From Camelus dromedarius (Eukaryota), in contig NC_087436.1 of the NCBI RefSeq assembly GCF_036321535.1, positions 122,514,001-122,578,000 of the forward strand: a stretch of 64,000 bases of DNA. The letters are read 5' to 3'. The notes beneath the pieces were generated by a model. The model did no database searches. It was not told the DNA's origin and saw only the letters and a list, made by a program, of their open reading frames with translations. Made by a program: the position numbers and the translations under genes. This document shows, one piece after another, positions 46,630 to 58,685 of the stretch; the stretch's first letter is position 1; each line of letters opens with the position of its first letter.

Positions 46630-47315
46630 AAAAGAACAAACCATAAGGTGAAAAATGAATGAAATTGATCCTATCAGAAGGAAGGATTCTGTTCGATGAA
46701 GGATTCCACAGACCATGTGAGCAAGTGGGCGCCAGACCTCGGCGAGAACACACAGGGAGCCACCGTAAGTCACCCTGAGAAGGACGAGGCCTCCAGAAGA
46801 AAAACGCGCAGAGCGCAAGAGCCCAGGGGAACCGGGGTGGCTGCTGAGTGAGTGAGGAGTCACCTGCTTCTCCTGGACCAGAAGGACACACACCGGAGCA
46901 GCAGCGCACGCACCAGCGCGGCAGGACTTGGGTCATCGCGGAGAGCTCGGGTGTGGACGAGGACGCGGCGGGAGGGCCCCGCCTGGCTGCAGCGCACCTG
47001 CTGTTGGCAGCCCGGGGGGAGCGGGGGGAGGCTGGCCAGTATCTCCTCAGGAGCCAGCGGAGGAACACAGCTGGCCTTGGCATCCTCCTGCTCTGGCGTC
47101 CTCCGAGGGGATCCTCACAGGCTCCAGCCTGGAGTCATCCAGCCCACAGGCTCGGGGGTCACCACATGGCACCCGGGGGCCAGCTCTGGCCCAGCGGCTG
47201 TGGGACGTGGGCAGCTGGTCACTGGCTGTGCCTCTCTCTGATCTGACATGAGCAGTGGTAGTGCCCGTTGTGTGTGGGGCTGGAGGCAGGGAGGATTCCA
47301 TGACATCATTTATGC

Positions 47316-47507
47316 AATAGGAGACAAAAAAATCCCCACTAAAAACCTTCAAGAAAGATAAATTATTTCTTATGAAAACACTTCCAGAGGATAGAAAATA
47401 AAGCCTCTCACTTCATTTTGTGGGTTAGTAAAACACTTACTCCAAAATCAGAAAAGACAATTATAAGCCTTTAAAAAAATCATAAATAAAATGTAACTGT
47501 CCCCAAG
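47316..47507 (+). repeat. 192-bp dispersed duplication, copy 2
   Basis: Near-identical to 43489-43680; an AT-rich block in GC-rich flanks. Confidence 0.97.
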
Positions 47508-50066
47508 ACACGAAACCTGGGCAGCCTGCTGGAGTCTTGCTCAATCCACCAACCAGACACGCGGCAGGCCTGCCAGCCCAAGCCCTGCCGGGGTCTCCTC
47601 CGTGGACAATCAAGGCGTCTCTCCCAGTTTTTGGGCCTAGCCACGTTCGTGGGGCTCAGAGCCCCAGGATGGATGGGGTTCCACTTGAGGAGGGACCCAC
47701 GCTGTGTTTGCAGGAGGGACCTGTGGCCATTCGTCCGTGACTGTGCACTGAAGGAGACGAAATGCCCCCTAAAGGGGGTGACTGGATGTTGGCTCTGAAC
47801 TGATACTGGTCCCCGGGGACCCCTGCTGACACTGGGCCCACCTGTGAGGGTGTGGACAGGCCCTGTCGGGCCCCACGACACACAGGGGGCCCAGTTGGTC
47901 CGTGGCTCCGACTGGGCTCCTGCTATGTGTGCCCAGGCTAGACAAACTCGGAACAGGCAGTGCTCCCCACAAATGGCTCTGAGCAAGGGGCAAGGGCCAG
48001 ACTGCAGGACGGGGAAGCGGAGGCCCCTTCTGGCCAAGGCAGGAAGTCAGGGGGATACTGTGTCCCAGAGGACCTGAAGGCCACTGCCTCCCCGACTGGA
48101 GAGTGCGGGGGCGGCGGCACCTCTCACACCCGCAGCGTGGCTCCCAGCGTGCAGTGGCCGCACAGGCCCCGGACAGTGACGGCTGATCGTCGGAATCTAA
48201 CCCGTGGCCCCTCCAGTTGTAGCCGCTGTTCCAGACGGAGAGTCTTCACGGGAGTCTTCACGGACACAGCCCAGGCCCGACTCAGCTGCTGAAATGGCTC
48301 GCACCTCCCCTCCAACCCAGTTTGCAGAGGAAGTTTGCTCTCACCGGCGAGGCCCAGAAGCACACGCTCGCGGGGCCCCCACGTGGTGCCGACCCGGCCC
48401 GGCTTGCCCAGCTGGTCCCGGAGCACTGCCCGTCCCTGTCACGGCTCCGAGCAGACGCCTCAGTCAGATGCGCACACCAGAGGGTGGGAGGCAAGCCCAC
48501 GACATCCAGGGGCCAGTGCTGACCAGGGCTCTGTGTGTGCCTGCTCCTCGGGGGGTGTGGCGATCACCCCTCCTCCAGGGCTCCGCGTGTGCTGGCCCGT
48601 GAAAGCTTTGGGTGACCCTCCCCGCCCAGTGTGTGGTTCCCTGAGCCAGTGGCCCCAGGTCTCCTTGGGGAGGGCTGGGGAGTTGGGACACTTTGGCAAG
48701 GTGTGGAGACCCTTCCCGCTGGGCACCGGCCTCTCTGAGGTCGGTGGTGTGCATCCGGAAAATGCTGGGGCGGACACTGTGCAAGGGACCCTGCCTTTCT
48801 GGCTCCTGCCCTGTGTCCTGACCCCTCCTGCTTCGTTCTGAGGCTCGGACTGAGCGCACCCTCACTGGGACCGGGGACCCCATGTCCACGGCCTCCCTGG
48901 TCTCTGCATCAGCCGTGCCCCACTTGTGCTCAGGGCTGACCAGGTTACCAGCTGGCCTCTGCTATCTGGGGATCCCGCACCCCACTGCTATCAGGGAGCC
49001 CACTTCTGTAGGCCTCTCCTGCCACCCGCCGGCCCCTGAGGGTGTTCTGTGTGAGAGAGGCCGAGCACACGGGATGCTAACTGGGTGGGGCGCGTGGGGT
49101 TGATGAGGGGGTAAAGGAAGCAGGGCAGCTGAGGAAGCAGCAAAGGCCACCGGCCACCCTGCCAGGAACTCTGTGACCAGGGTCTTGGCAGACTGCTGTT
49201 GAATGTGGCTGCTCAGGGCAGGGGTGGGGTACTCAGGTCCTCCCGCCTGGTTGGGGCCCCACGCTCGGCCATACGTGGGCTGCGCCATGATGGGCAAAGC
49301 TGTAGCCGAGTGCTGGCTGGCTGAGCCCTGGTCCCCATCCTGCGTGACACCCACCACACAGGCTCCAGGTCAGCACCCAGTGCTGCTGACACTGGTTGGA
49401 GTCCTCCCTGAGGCCACGGGCCAACGGGGGATGGGCTTACTTTAGGCCCTCACTGGACTCCAGGGCCCAGCTCGAGTCTGGTCTGGGACGCATGTCAGCA
49501 AAGCTTTCCAGAGGAAGGAGGGTGAGACGGAGGGGGAGGGGTTCCCCCTCAAACCCGGGGCCGCCCTGGCGCTGGGGGTGATCCACCCACGATACAGAAA
49601 TACTTGCGCTTGGAAGCCCATCCCTCATGTGTAAGCGAACACAGCATCTCAGGGGTCGGGGGCCCAAGGAACGAACACAGCAGAGCAAACAGTCCCCAGG
49701 GCTCGGCCTCACAGCGCCAGCGGGGCCGGGCGCGGAGTGGCGGAGATCCTCTCCAGCCGCCCCCACAGTGGTCTCCCCTGGGGCCGCTGTGTTGGCAGCA
49801 CCGTGCAGGTTGGCACTCGAGGTGCCAACTGGGTGGGCGGGGAGCAGCTCCAGACTTCAGCGCAGGGATGTTTCCAGCTTTCCCGTGCACAGAGGAGAGG
49901 AGGGAAGGTGCCCTCCAGGTGAGGAGGTCGGGTCTGACTGGCTCAAGGGTAACCATGTGGGGAGTGCTCGTTGTCTGGTGGGGCCTGTTCTTTACTCCCC
50001 GTGACGCTGCCCAGCACTTCCCCGTGCGCCTGTGATTACCTGCTGCTGAGAATTAATTACAGGGTC

Positions 50067-50438
50067 TGCTGTGGACTGAGTATGTGTGCCCCCCAAATTG
50101 AAACGTTGGAACTTTGGCCCCCAAGGTGATGGTGTTTGGAGGTGGGGCCTTTGGGATGTGATTAGGGTTGATTGAGGCCATGAGAGTGGGGCCCCATAAT
50201 GGGACTGGTGTCCTTATAGGAAGAGACCAGCCTGCCTCTCCCTCTGCTGTGTGGGGACAAGGAGAGAAGGTGGATCTGCAGGCCATGAAGTGGGCTCTCC
50301 CCTCACCAGGAACCAAACTGGCTGCCACCCTGATTCCAAACTTCCAGCTTCTGGGATGGTGAGAGAGAAATTCCTATTGCTGAAGCCCCTCCCTGCCGTC
50401 TGTGGTGTTTTGCTATGGCAGCACAAGCAGACTGAGAC
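50067..50438 (+). mobile_element. MLT1A-like LTR
   Basis: tgctgtggactgagtatgtgtgccccccaaatt...tggaggtggggcctttggg...tttgctatggcagcacaagcagactgagac. Confidence 0.88.
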
Positions 50439-50444
50439 TGGCTC

Positions 50445-50925
50445 TGTGATGGTCAATTTTACATGTCCACTTGCCTGGGCTATGGTCCCAGTCGTTTAGT
50501 CAAACACCAGTCGAGATGTCACTGTGAAGGTAGTTTTTAGATGGGAGTAACATTTAAATCACCAGACTTTGAGAAGAGCAGATTGCCCTCCAGTGTGGGT
50601 GGGCCGTGTCTAAGCAGCTGAAGACATTAAAACAAAATAGACTAACCTCTCCCAAAGAGAGGGAATTCTGCCTTCGGTAGCCTTTGAACTCAAGCTGCAA
50701 CTTCATCTCCTCCCTGGGTCTCCAGCCCGCTAGCCTGCCCTGTAGAATTCAGACTTGCCAGCTCCTGCAATCACATGAGCTGATTCCTTAATATACCCCC
50801 CCCCACACACACACACGTGGTATGCAGGTAATACCTGTATCTATCTATGCGCACCCCTCTATCTGGTGTGCGCTGCTCTCTATACACCCTGTTGGCTCTG
50901 TTTCCCTGCAGAGCCCTGAATGCTG
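50445..50925 (+). mobile_element. MLT2 (D-like) LTR
   Basis: tgtgatggtcaattttacatgtccacttg...gtcaaacaccagtc...ctgttggctctgtttccctgcagagccctga. Confidence 0.88.
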
Positions 50926-51799
50926 GGTCTGCCACGGTCACCCCACTGTTCCTGGCTTTCCTATTCTTGGTGATTTAGTCACTTTCGATGTCCAGTCAGA
51001 GGACTGGAAGATTGCCAACTCCGAGTCATGCTGTCACATTGCTCTCCAGGAGCACTGACCACCTGGAGGACGCCCCTGATGGCAGGGACACCATTTCCAT
51101 CAAATAAACCCTCGATGCTAAAATATCCAAGGACAGTGTCTCTGGCCATTCTAAGGTTCCTTTCTGGGATCGCTGAAAAGACCAATCTTTCCCCTCAATG
51201 TGCTATTTCCACGTAGTCGATCTCCATGTGGCTGATGAAAGACTCTTGTCTACTTAGAAGCACAGACATACACTGAGAGCCCTGCTAGGTTTTCCAGTAA
51301 CAGTTAAAGATGCGGCAGGACCATAAGGAAAAGGAAACCAGGTAACAAACATCACGACTAAGCGGGGAACGTGTTCAGAGAAAAGAAAAACAGACTGGAT
51401 TTTGTTTCTCTTTAACTTTTACCCCTAAGCTGGGGAGCAGAATGATTAAATTCTCTTTGGCCTGGGTACCCCGTACCAGGCCCCAGCACAGGGCAGGAGA
51501 CAGGGCCTGCCTGGAGAAGGGGGCTGCCTGCTCGACCCAGGGTCTCTTTCTCTCCATGCTGCCCCCTCCCAGCTAAAGGAGCCCTCTTCTGCTGCATGGT
51601 TCTGGGCACCTGATGCCTGTGATGGTTTGCAGTGGGGACTGGGGCCCTGGAGCAGGCCTGTCCCTCCAGCTGGACTGGCCAGGGTGACCAGGTGACCGTC
51701 TTCCGCCTGGCCTGGCGCCCAGGCTCCTGCGGGTTTGACTGGGCTTCGGCTAGGCAGCAGCTCCTGGGCTGGCAGCTGCGGGAGCCCCACTCACACTCC

Positions 51800-52150
51800 A
51801 TCATCGACGGATGACAGCACGAACGGTGGGAGTTCATTACAGGGACCATGAATTGTTGGAGGTAATTTAGATTACAATTTAAAGTTTAATTTAAAAATCT
51901 ATCAACAAATGTGAAAGTACTGGAGGAACACTTTAAAATGCACTTTAATCTCACCAGCACAAATAGCTTTTCGGGGCTCTAAACACCGTCACCTGGAAAA
52001 CCAGTAAAACTTTACTGCTTCTTTAATTAAATTACAAACACAAAGGATAATTAACTTTTTCATTTTTATTTTATTCGTGCCATTGTTTCTCCTCAGAGTC
52101 AATATCTTGCGGCTGCAGGAGCGGGCTGTTATGCGGAAGTTTACAGCCGG
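51800..52150. promoter_or_regulatory. Candidate conserved non-coding enhancer with paired-type homeodomain dimer site
   Basis: TAATTAAATTA at 52024-52034, TAATTTAGATTA, TAATTA, CATTGT; non-TE AT-rich island followed by a CpG-rich flank. Confidence 0.65.
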
Positions 52151-52379
52151 GGCTGCGGCGTGCGCGGCAGCCTGAGGGATGGATGCCCCCACGCCGCCGC
52201 TGGGCGCGGGGGCCCCGCCCGCGTGGGAAGCACAAGCTGTGCGAGGGGGACCGTCCCCAGGTGGGCGTCCGCGGGCCCCCATGCGCATCGCCCCCTCCCT
52301 GCAGGCCAGGCTGCCCCACCCTGCACCGTGTGTGCTCAGAGCCAGGTGGCTGTGGGGACGTGTGTGACCACAGCCCACG

Positions 52380-52560
52380 TGTGTTGTGGGGTTCCCCCTG
52401 GCAGGTGGTGCTCTGGGCGTTCTGCCCATTAACTTGCTCATTCCTCTCAGCGGCCTGGGGATGTTGTCCCCTCCCATTTCACAGACGGGGAAACTGAGGC
52501 ACCAGGACACTGGGACCCTGCCTAGGTCATGCAGCTGGTAAGTCCGCCTTTAAATCCTGT
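52380..52560 (-). mobile_element. MIR
   Basis: 'cccatttcacagacggggaaactgaggcacc...tgcctaggtcatgcagctggtaagt'. Confidence 0.8.
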
Positions 52561-53694
52561 GGTAGCAGCCCCAACCCCGACCCTGAGGGCTGGGGTGGGG
52601 AGGGGGCTCCTTGAGGACCTTGGGCAGCCGGCGCCCTGTTGCAAGGCCCAACTGGCCATGGCGGGGGGCTCCCTGGAGACACGGTGGGCAGGTCCCTGAG
52701 CCGGGAATGGGGGTCCTGGTAGGGGGCGGGGGAGGGCGGGCTGGCTCTGGGAGTGATGGAAGAGGGCAGTCCTGCAGGGAGCCCAGGAGGGCTGGGGTGG
52801 GGAACCCAAACCCTAGGGAACCTCATGGGTGCAGCCCCTTCTTGGGCTGGGAGGGTTCACAAGGGGTGCCCCTCAGGTGGAGGCAGGCATTGGTGTCGGA
52901 GATCGGGGGAGACTTGCCTTCCCTGCGCCTGCGGACTCTTGGGGCTTGGGGCAAGAGGGCGGAGCCGCACCCCTCCTCCATCCTCCTCCCTCTTCCCTCC
53001 CTTCGGGTCCCTGGCTTCTTTCCTTCCTTCCTGCTGAGGGGAGGGGGCCTGTGATTTGGGCACCTCCCTTTCCTGGTCGTGCCCTGTGCCCCGAGTTCTC
53101 CCTCACCTGCTGGGGGAGTTGGGGTTGGGGTCCAGACCTCCCAGGGCGTGGGGGCGCAGGGAGTGCTCAGCTGGGACGAGAGCGCCTGGGCAGGCCAGTG
53201 AGTGTGGCTGTAAAGCTCTGGATGGCCCTGTAACCACTTTCCCCCCAGGTCTTCCCAGAGCCCAGCCCCAGCCTGGTTTTTCTCAGGAGCTGTTCTGTTC
53301 GCCCCGCCCCAGGCCTGGCAGCGGGGTGTGGGCATCACCCTGAGAGTCCCCCCACCTCACACCCCCCAGCAGACTCCTGTGGGAGCCTGCACCCACACTC
53401 ACACTCACGTGGGCAGCCGCACACAGGTGTGCCCACAGCCGGCTCCCGCCCCCATGCACACGTACACACACACCCTCACCACGTCCCAGACTCGTCCTCA
53501 CTGCGGGGCCACGACTCAGCCAGCAGAGTGATGGGTGGCAGCGGGCGTGACCCTCGGGAGGGGGCCAGGCGAGGGCTGAGGAGGTCCTGCCACCCCGTGT
53601 CTGAGTGGTGTCCCTGCTCCCCCCGGCCCCCTACTGGCTGGTGCAGCCCAGCCCCTGGTGCGAGGAGGTGGGGGGCTGCAGCCAGCGGGTGTTC

Positions 53695-53790
53695 AGTTTT
53701 AGTGCGGTGGCTGCTTAATTATTGGTTAATCTCGCAATTTAGCACGCTTCATTTAATTCTAATTAGGAGAATTAATGGGCAGGGAATGGG
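53695..53790. promoter_or_regulatory. Homeodomain-motif cluster
   Basis: cttaattattggttaatc...tttaattctaattaggagaattaatgg. Confidence 0.55.
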
Positions 53791-54104
53791 GATTCCAACA
53801 GAGTGGCACAAAACAGGACTCAGAATGGACGGTCCAGCCTGGGGGCTGGTCCTGGCGGTGACCGGGCCAGGAGGGGCCGACCTTGGGAGATGCCCAAGGT
53901 CATGGTGGGGGCTCCAGGGGCTGGGAGGAATCTCTTAGTTGCCTCCAGTCCAGGGCCTCCAAGGGCACAGGGGACCACCGATAGCCGGGCTGTACCCCGG
54001 GGCAGAGCCCCTGGCCCAGGCCCCCACTGCCTCCCGGGCCTGGCGATGCGGGTGTGTTTGTCTGCTCATCAAGCCGGCTCCCTGACAAGGCCCGGCGTTG
54101 GACA

Positions 54105-54390
54105 AGACTGTTCCTCTAATTAAGGTGCTAATTGAATTAAATGGCTGTGCTGATGGGCAGATGAGCAGCATAAAAAGTAAAGAGTCAGATAGGCCAATTA
54201 ACACGGCAGAGCATAATTATAACACTGGAAATACACGCGCCGCCTCCAGCAGTGTTAATTGTTACCGGGGGATTTATGGTAATTGGCCCCACAGCAGGCA
54301 GCAGCCAAACCTGCCGGGGGCCGGTAATTAAAAAAGTGATATTCCACACAAATGCCGCACTGGCTAATTAGGCTTGATTTACATAAAGGC
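54105..54390. promoter_or_regulatory. Candidate enhancer, dense TAATTA cluster with P3 site
   Basis: TAATTGAATTA at 54129-54139 plus multiple TAATTA/TAATTG/CAATTA and GATTTATGG. Confidence 0.65.
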
Positions 54391-55329
54391 CTGTGAGGAG
54401 ACCTGCCCATTGCCTGGCTCAGGGCCACTGGCAGGGCAGGGCGGGAGCCCTAGCTGGCTGCCAGGCCGTCCAGGTCTCCCTCAGCTGGCTGGGGGCTCCA
54501 AGGCCACCCCTGAGCCCGAGGGCGCTGCCCAGAGTGCCCCGCTCTGAAGCAGGCCCATGGGGCCAGCAGTTGCCCTTGGTCCAGCCGGCCTGCTGCCCAG
54601 TTCTCCCCAGCTCTGCACCTGGCCCTCCTCCTGCCCCTCACAGGGCCCTGCCACCACCTGGGGAGCCAGGTGGCTTCAGGTCCTGCCCCTGTCGCCCCCA
54701 GCCTGGGTGTGCCATTCTCCTGGGGTTCACGGCCACCCTTGAGGGCCAACTCTCCCCACTGTTCCTCTCTCCCAGCACTGATGCATGGGTGTCCTTACTG
54801 AGTGTCCCCAGTGAGTGTGCCTGGACCAGGAGACAGGCCAACGACGTGGACACACGGCCAGTCAGGCTGATCTAGGCCTCCTGCCCCCAGCCCCCGAGTT
54901 GGGCTGTGCATCCTGAGGGAGCCCCAGACTCACCCCCTGGGGTCGGATGTGCCCCCTGCCCACCTCAGTCAGAGAGGACCAGAGGTGACATGTAGACAGG
55001 CAGACAGGCTGCAGGGAGATGGCCAGAGACATTGCAGGCAGGCCTGTGCCCTCTGGACTGGGCGGGGGCACCCCAGAAAGGTAGAGGGGCCCTCAGTACA
55101 GGCTGAGACCTCTGTCATCCAGTCCTGCCCCATCTCCCACAAGGAGGCCACCCTGCACCCCACTTTAGAGATAGGAAGTGGGGTTCAGAGATGCTGCCCA
55201 GGGCCCCCAGGTGGCCTTCTCTCCCTGCAGCTGTCCCCTGGGGCCAACACAATTCTCCTCTCCCAGAACCCAGCCCCCCGGGCCAGGCAGCGTCCCAACT
55301 GCCCCTGTGCCACCCACTGCCTCTGTCGA

Positions 55330-55945
55330 CGACTTCTCAGGCAGATTTGCCCTGACGTTCACACTCTGAACAGAAAACTCTGCCTCATTTACAAATGTAA
55401 TTTCAATTGAGGGCAGTTTTCCAATCTCCTTTCATTTGCGTCCCAGTTGAGCCCCTTCTCGCCGCGCTGATGGCATGATTAGACAGCGCGCACGCACGCC
55501 GCGGCAGACTGCTCAAGCGCGGTCCCGTAAATTGGGAAGGATGTTTTATCAGGACACGTCACCGCCGCCGCCGCCGGCAGCTGTGGGGTGCTCCGGGCTG
55601 TCCCCTCGAATCACAGCTATGGAATAATTTAGCCCTCGATTCTCCCCGATTACTGCCGCCACTGATCATGCTGTCACTCCGAGTGAGCACTTCATCCTGC
55701 GTTTATTCATGCCAGATCTGTTTTGCTTTCGTAATGAGCACATATTACCCCGGCACAAAGAGGGTGAAGACGTCCGCGGTGATAGATAGACGCGAGATTA
55801 AATGGGATCTTTATGGCTTCTGCAGCCATCAGTTCTGACTGTGTGATAAGACCAGTCGACTTGGGTCCTGATTTGCTCTTTATTGGGGCCGGTATTAGCA
55901 TGCGCTCACCGGTGCACGGGCTGATCAAACCATTTAAGGTGGAAT
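55330..55945. promoter_or_regulatory. Long CpG-retaining candidate conserved non-coding element
   Basis: About 600 bp, non-TE, many CpGs at moderate GC, short (GCC)n run, TTTATGG, TTTATTG, CGTAAA, TGATAA. Confidence 0.6.
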
Positions 55946-57582
55946 CTTGGATGCGGGAGCGGGGAGCTGCCCGGCAGGGCTGCTGTGGCTGTTGCCTGGA
56001 GGGAGGCCGTAGCCCAGGCCCCCAGCAGCTCAAACCTGCGGACACGATCCCACTCGTGGGGCAGCTGCAGGTGGGCCGGGCCCCTTCTGCCTGGGGCCGC
56101 AGGGTGGCCAGCTGCACTGCCAGCCCCTCTCTCCCAGCCCACCCTCAGGGCCCCAGCTCCCCATAGTGCATTCTGGCTGGGAGGGAGATGGTTCATTTAG
56201 GACCCAAGGGTGCCAAGCCCCTTCCTGGGCGGGGACAGGAGATTGCGTGCATAGGCTTAATGTCCTCTGGCTCTTGCGGGGAACGGGTGAGATCCCAGCA
56301 TCTGATCACCTCCCACGCACTTGGAGCGGACACTGCACAGGCCCACAGCTCCCCACAACCTGCACCCACAGCTGCCCTTGGGACCCCACCCCTGGACATG
56401 GCTGTTCCCTTCTCCCCTTGGCTGCGGGCGAGGCCCACCAGTGAGTGTTGCTGGCCCAGACACAGACGAGAGTCCACGCCGCACTCCAGTCGTCTTTCCC
56501 CTGAGGGAGATGGCCAGACCAGCCAGGTGACTGCTGTGTCCCTGTTCCCAGCAGGGCTGGGGACTTGCTCCTCTGGGTGGGGCCAGGGTGTGCAGCGGCT
56601 GCCGAGAGGTCCCTGTGCACCGTCCCTCCTGCTGGGGTGGATGGGCCTGGCTGGAGAGAGATGACTGTTCTCGCCTGCACTTACACAAGCAGAATCCAGG
56701 CTGAGGCCATCTTATCAGAGCCCCCGTGGACACCTTGGTGTGTGGTGTAATCCATGTAATCCATCTGTGTTTGTCCAAATCATACGTCTGTAACTCCTCA
56801 CGCCACATCTGTGAGACCGCGGGCGGGAGGAAGGATGGACTCTCCTTGTGGCCAAAGGGCCAGGCAGCCCGAGCCTGCGGGCATCCTCTTCCCGGGCCCC
56901 ACCCGGCGTGCTCTGGGCTGGGAGCTGGCACGTGCAGTCCTGCTCAGCTGCCCTGGGCCTCTGTCCTGACCACCATCCGTCCACCCTGCCTGTCTCTGGT
57001 CCCCTCCCCACTTACCAGACCTGTGGTCTCTGCCCTCCACACTTTCTGCTCCCCGCAGGGCTGTCTTGAGAGATGGATGGCTTCCCACAGGGCCAGCGCA
57101 TGTGCACATGGACTAACAGTAATGCCTTCTCTGGGTGGCCCAGAGCCTGGTGTGGGGGCCAGTGTGACAGTGACAGTCCCTACCACTCCACAAGGGCGGA
57201 TGCCGGCAAGAGAGCAGACGGGCCTGGGATGGGTGGCAGGCAGGACACAGGAGTGGAGTGGTGGTCAGCAGAGGCCGGGGATGGTGGGGAATGGGTTCAG
57301 GGAGATGGTGCTGAGGCCTCAGGGTGTGGGTGGGGGCACTGGTGGGCTGTCTCTGAAATGTACTGGACACTCCCCCAGGAGGAGGAGCTTAAATCCCCTG
57401 AGTGGGGGCTGTACTTAGTGACCAGTCCAGACTCAGGGCCCTGAGGGGGAAGCGGTCACTGCCCCCGGGGGGACCCAGCAGAGCCACTACCTCTGGGAGG
57501 AGTGACAAGGGGGCACGTGACCCCCCGTCTGCTCTGCCCGAGGCGATGGTGACAGGAGCATCAGCCCAGCCCAGACTGAGGT

Positions 57583-57650
57583 CCTGAGGGCATGGCTGTC
57601 CCCAAGCTGCCAAGGCCTGAGGACACGGGCGTCCCCAAGCTGCCCAGGCC
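57583..57650. repeat. Short tandem duplication, 2 copies, 33-bp period
   Basis: cctgagg...gtccccaagctgccMagg at 57583 and 57616. Confidence 0.8.
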
Positions 57651-57719
57651 AGAAGAGAGACTAGGGGCCCAGGAGTCAGAGTGGGGTCTTGGAGGGGGTC
57701 TGGGGGGCCTGGGCCAGGA

Positions 57720-57925
57720 AAAGGACATGGGTCGGGACACGGGAAACCTGAATCAAGTCTAGGGTTTAGGTGAGGGTAAGCTGCCGATGTGGGGTTCTTA
57801 GTTGTGACAAATGTGCCCGTAATGAAGGTGAAAGGTGGGGGGGAAGTTGGGTGGGGGGTACGGGACTCTCTATACCACTTTTGGGACTTTTCTCTAAATC
57901 TAAAATTGCTCCAAATCAAATGTGT
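57720..57925 (+). mobile_element. LINE-1 3' end, L1MC/MD-like
   Basis: 'ggttcttagttgtgacaaatgt...gggtacgggactctctataccactttt...ctaaatctaaaattgctccaaatcaaa'. Confidence 0.75.
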
Positions 57926-58399
57926 GAGAAAGTCTCTGGCTCCAGTGTGGAGCGGCTGCTGGGGCGGGGCAGTGAGCAGCGTGGGGGGGCAGGGGGGAGT
58001 CTGGGGGGCATCGGGGCAGCCTTCCAGCTTGTGGAGGGCTCAAGTGAGTGTGCTGTGACCCCCGCCCCTATTCGGAGCCCGCCTGGGTCCACGTGGGGTC
58101 ACCTCCACTCCCGCCGCCTGCCCTGAGGCCTGAGGGAGAGCGTCTACGGATGGGGCCTCCTGGCTCCCAGGAGTGAGTGGCACTTTGACCTCTCCTCTGG
58201 TGCTGGGGACCCTGCATGTTGAAATCTCACCCCCGGAGGCAGGCTCCCCCAGCCTAGGCTGACCCGCAGGAGTCTGGGGTGTCTGGTCTGAGGGGTGGCT
58301 GGAGCGCCTGCAGGCTCCCCCCTCCAGCCTCCGCCTTATCTGGGCTCCCTAAGGCGCCGGCCTAGGGCACAGCAATCTCCTCCCGCGACTCCCCCACCC

Positions 58400-58685
58400 G
58401 TCACCCTTCATAGAAACCCATAAATATCTCTACTTGCTAATTTAAAAGAGAACGGGGCTGTTTATGGGCACCCCAAGAATGACATTTATGAGCCTGGAAG
58501 TAAGTGATTATTGACAACGGACAATGGGACGGCGCTTCAGGAGGGTCGCAGCCGCTCTGGAGGGCTCCCTGAGTGATAAGAGAGAGGCCACCCCCTTTCC
58601 TTTTCTCATGCTAATTGCAGACCCTACTCTCGCTGTTATAGCAGCAACAGTCCTCGCCTTTTCATCTTAAATGTCACTGCATCGC
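58400..58685. promoter_or_regulatory. Candidate enhancer (posterior HOX/CDX-type motifs)
   Basis: CCATAAA, TTTATGG, TTTATGA, TGACA, TGATAA and ATGCTAAT in a non-TE island. Confidence 0.5.

Larger units (their letters stand above)
40650..47310 (+). mobile_element. Long ancient LINE-1 (L1M) ORF2 relic interrupted by at least six later insertions
   Basis: 40735-40875 follows NVNGLN...RL..W..KQD..ICCL.E.H...RLK.KGW (endonuclease). It resumes at 41938, with RT-region remnants at 43730-43800 ([16 protein letters not shown]) and about 44440 (LLFYADDMI), and decays toward about 47300. Confidence 0.8.

Noticed and set aside
46700..48620. CpG-rich region as a promoter CpG island
   Set aside because: The left part appears to be GC-shifted L1 relic, CpGs are diffuse, and there is no clear core; I could not support a promoter call.
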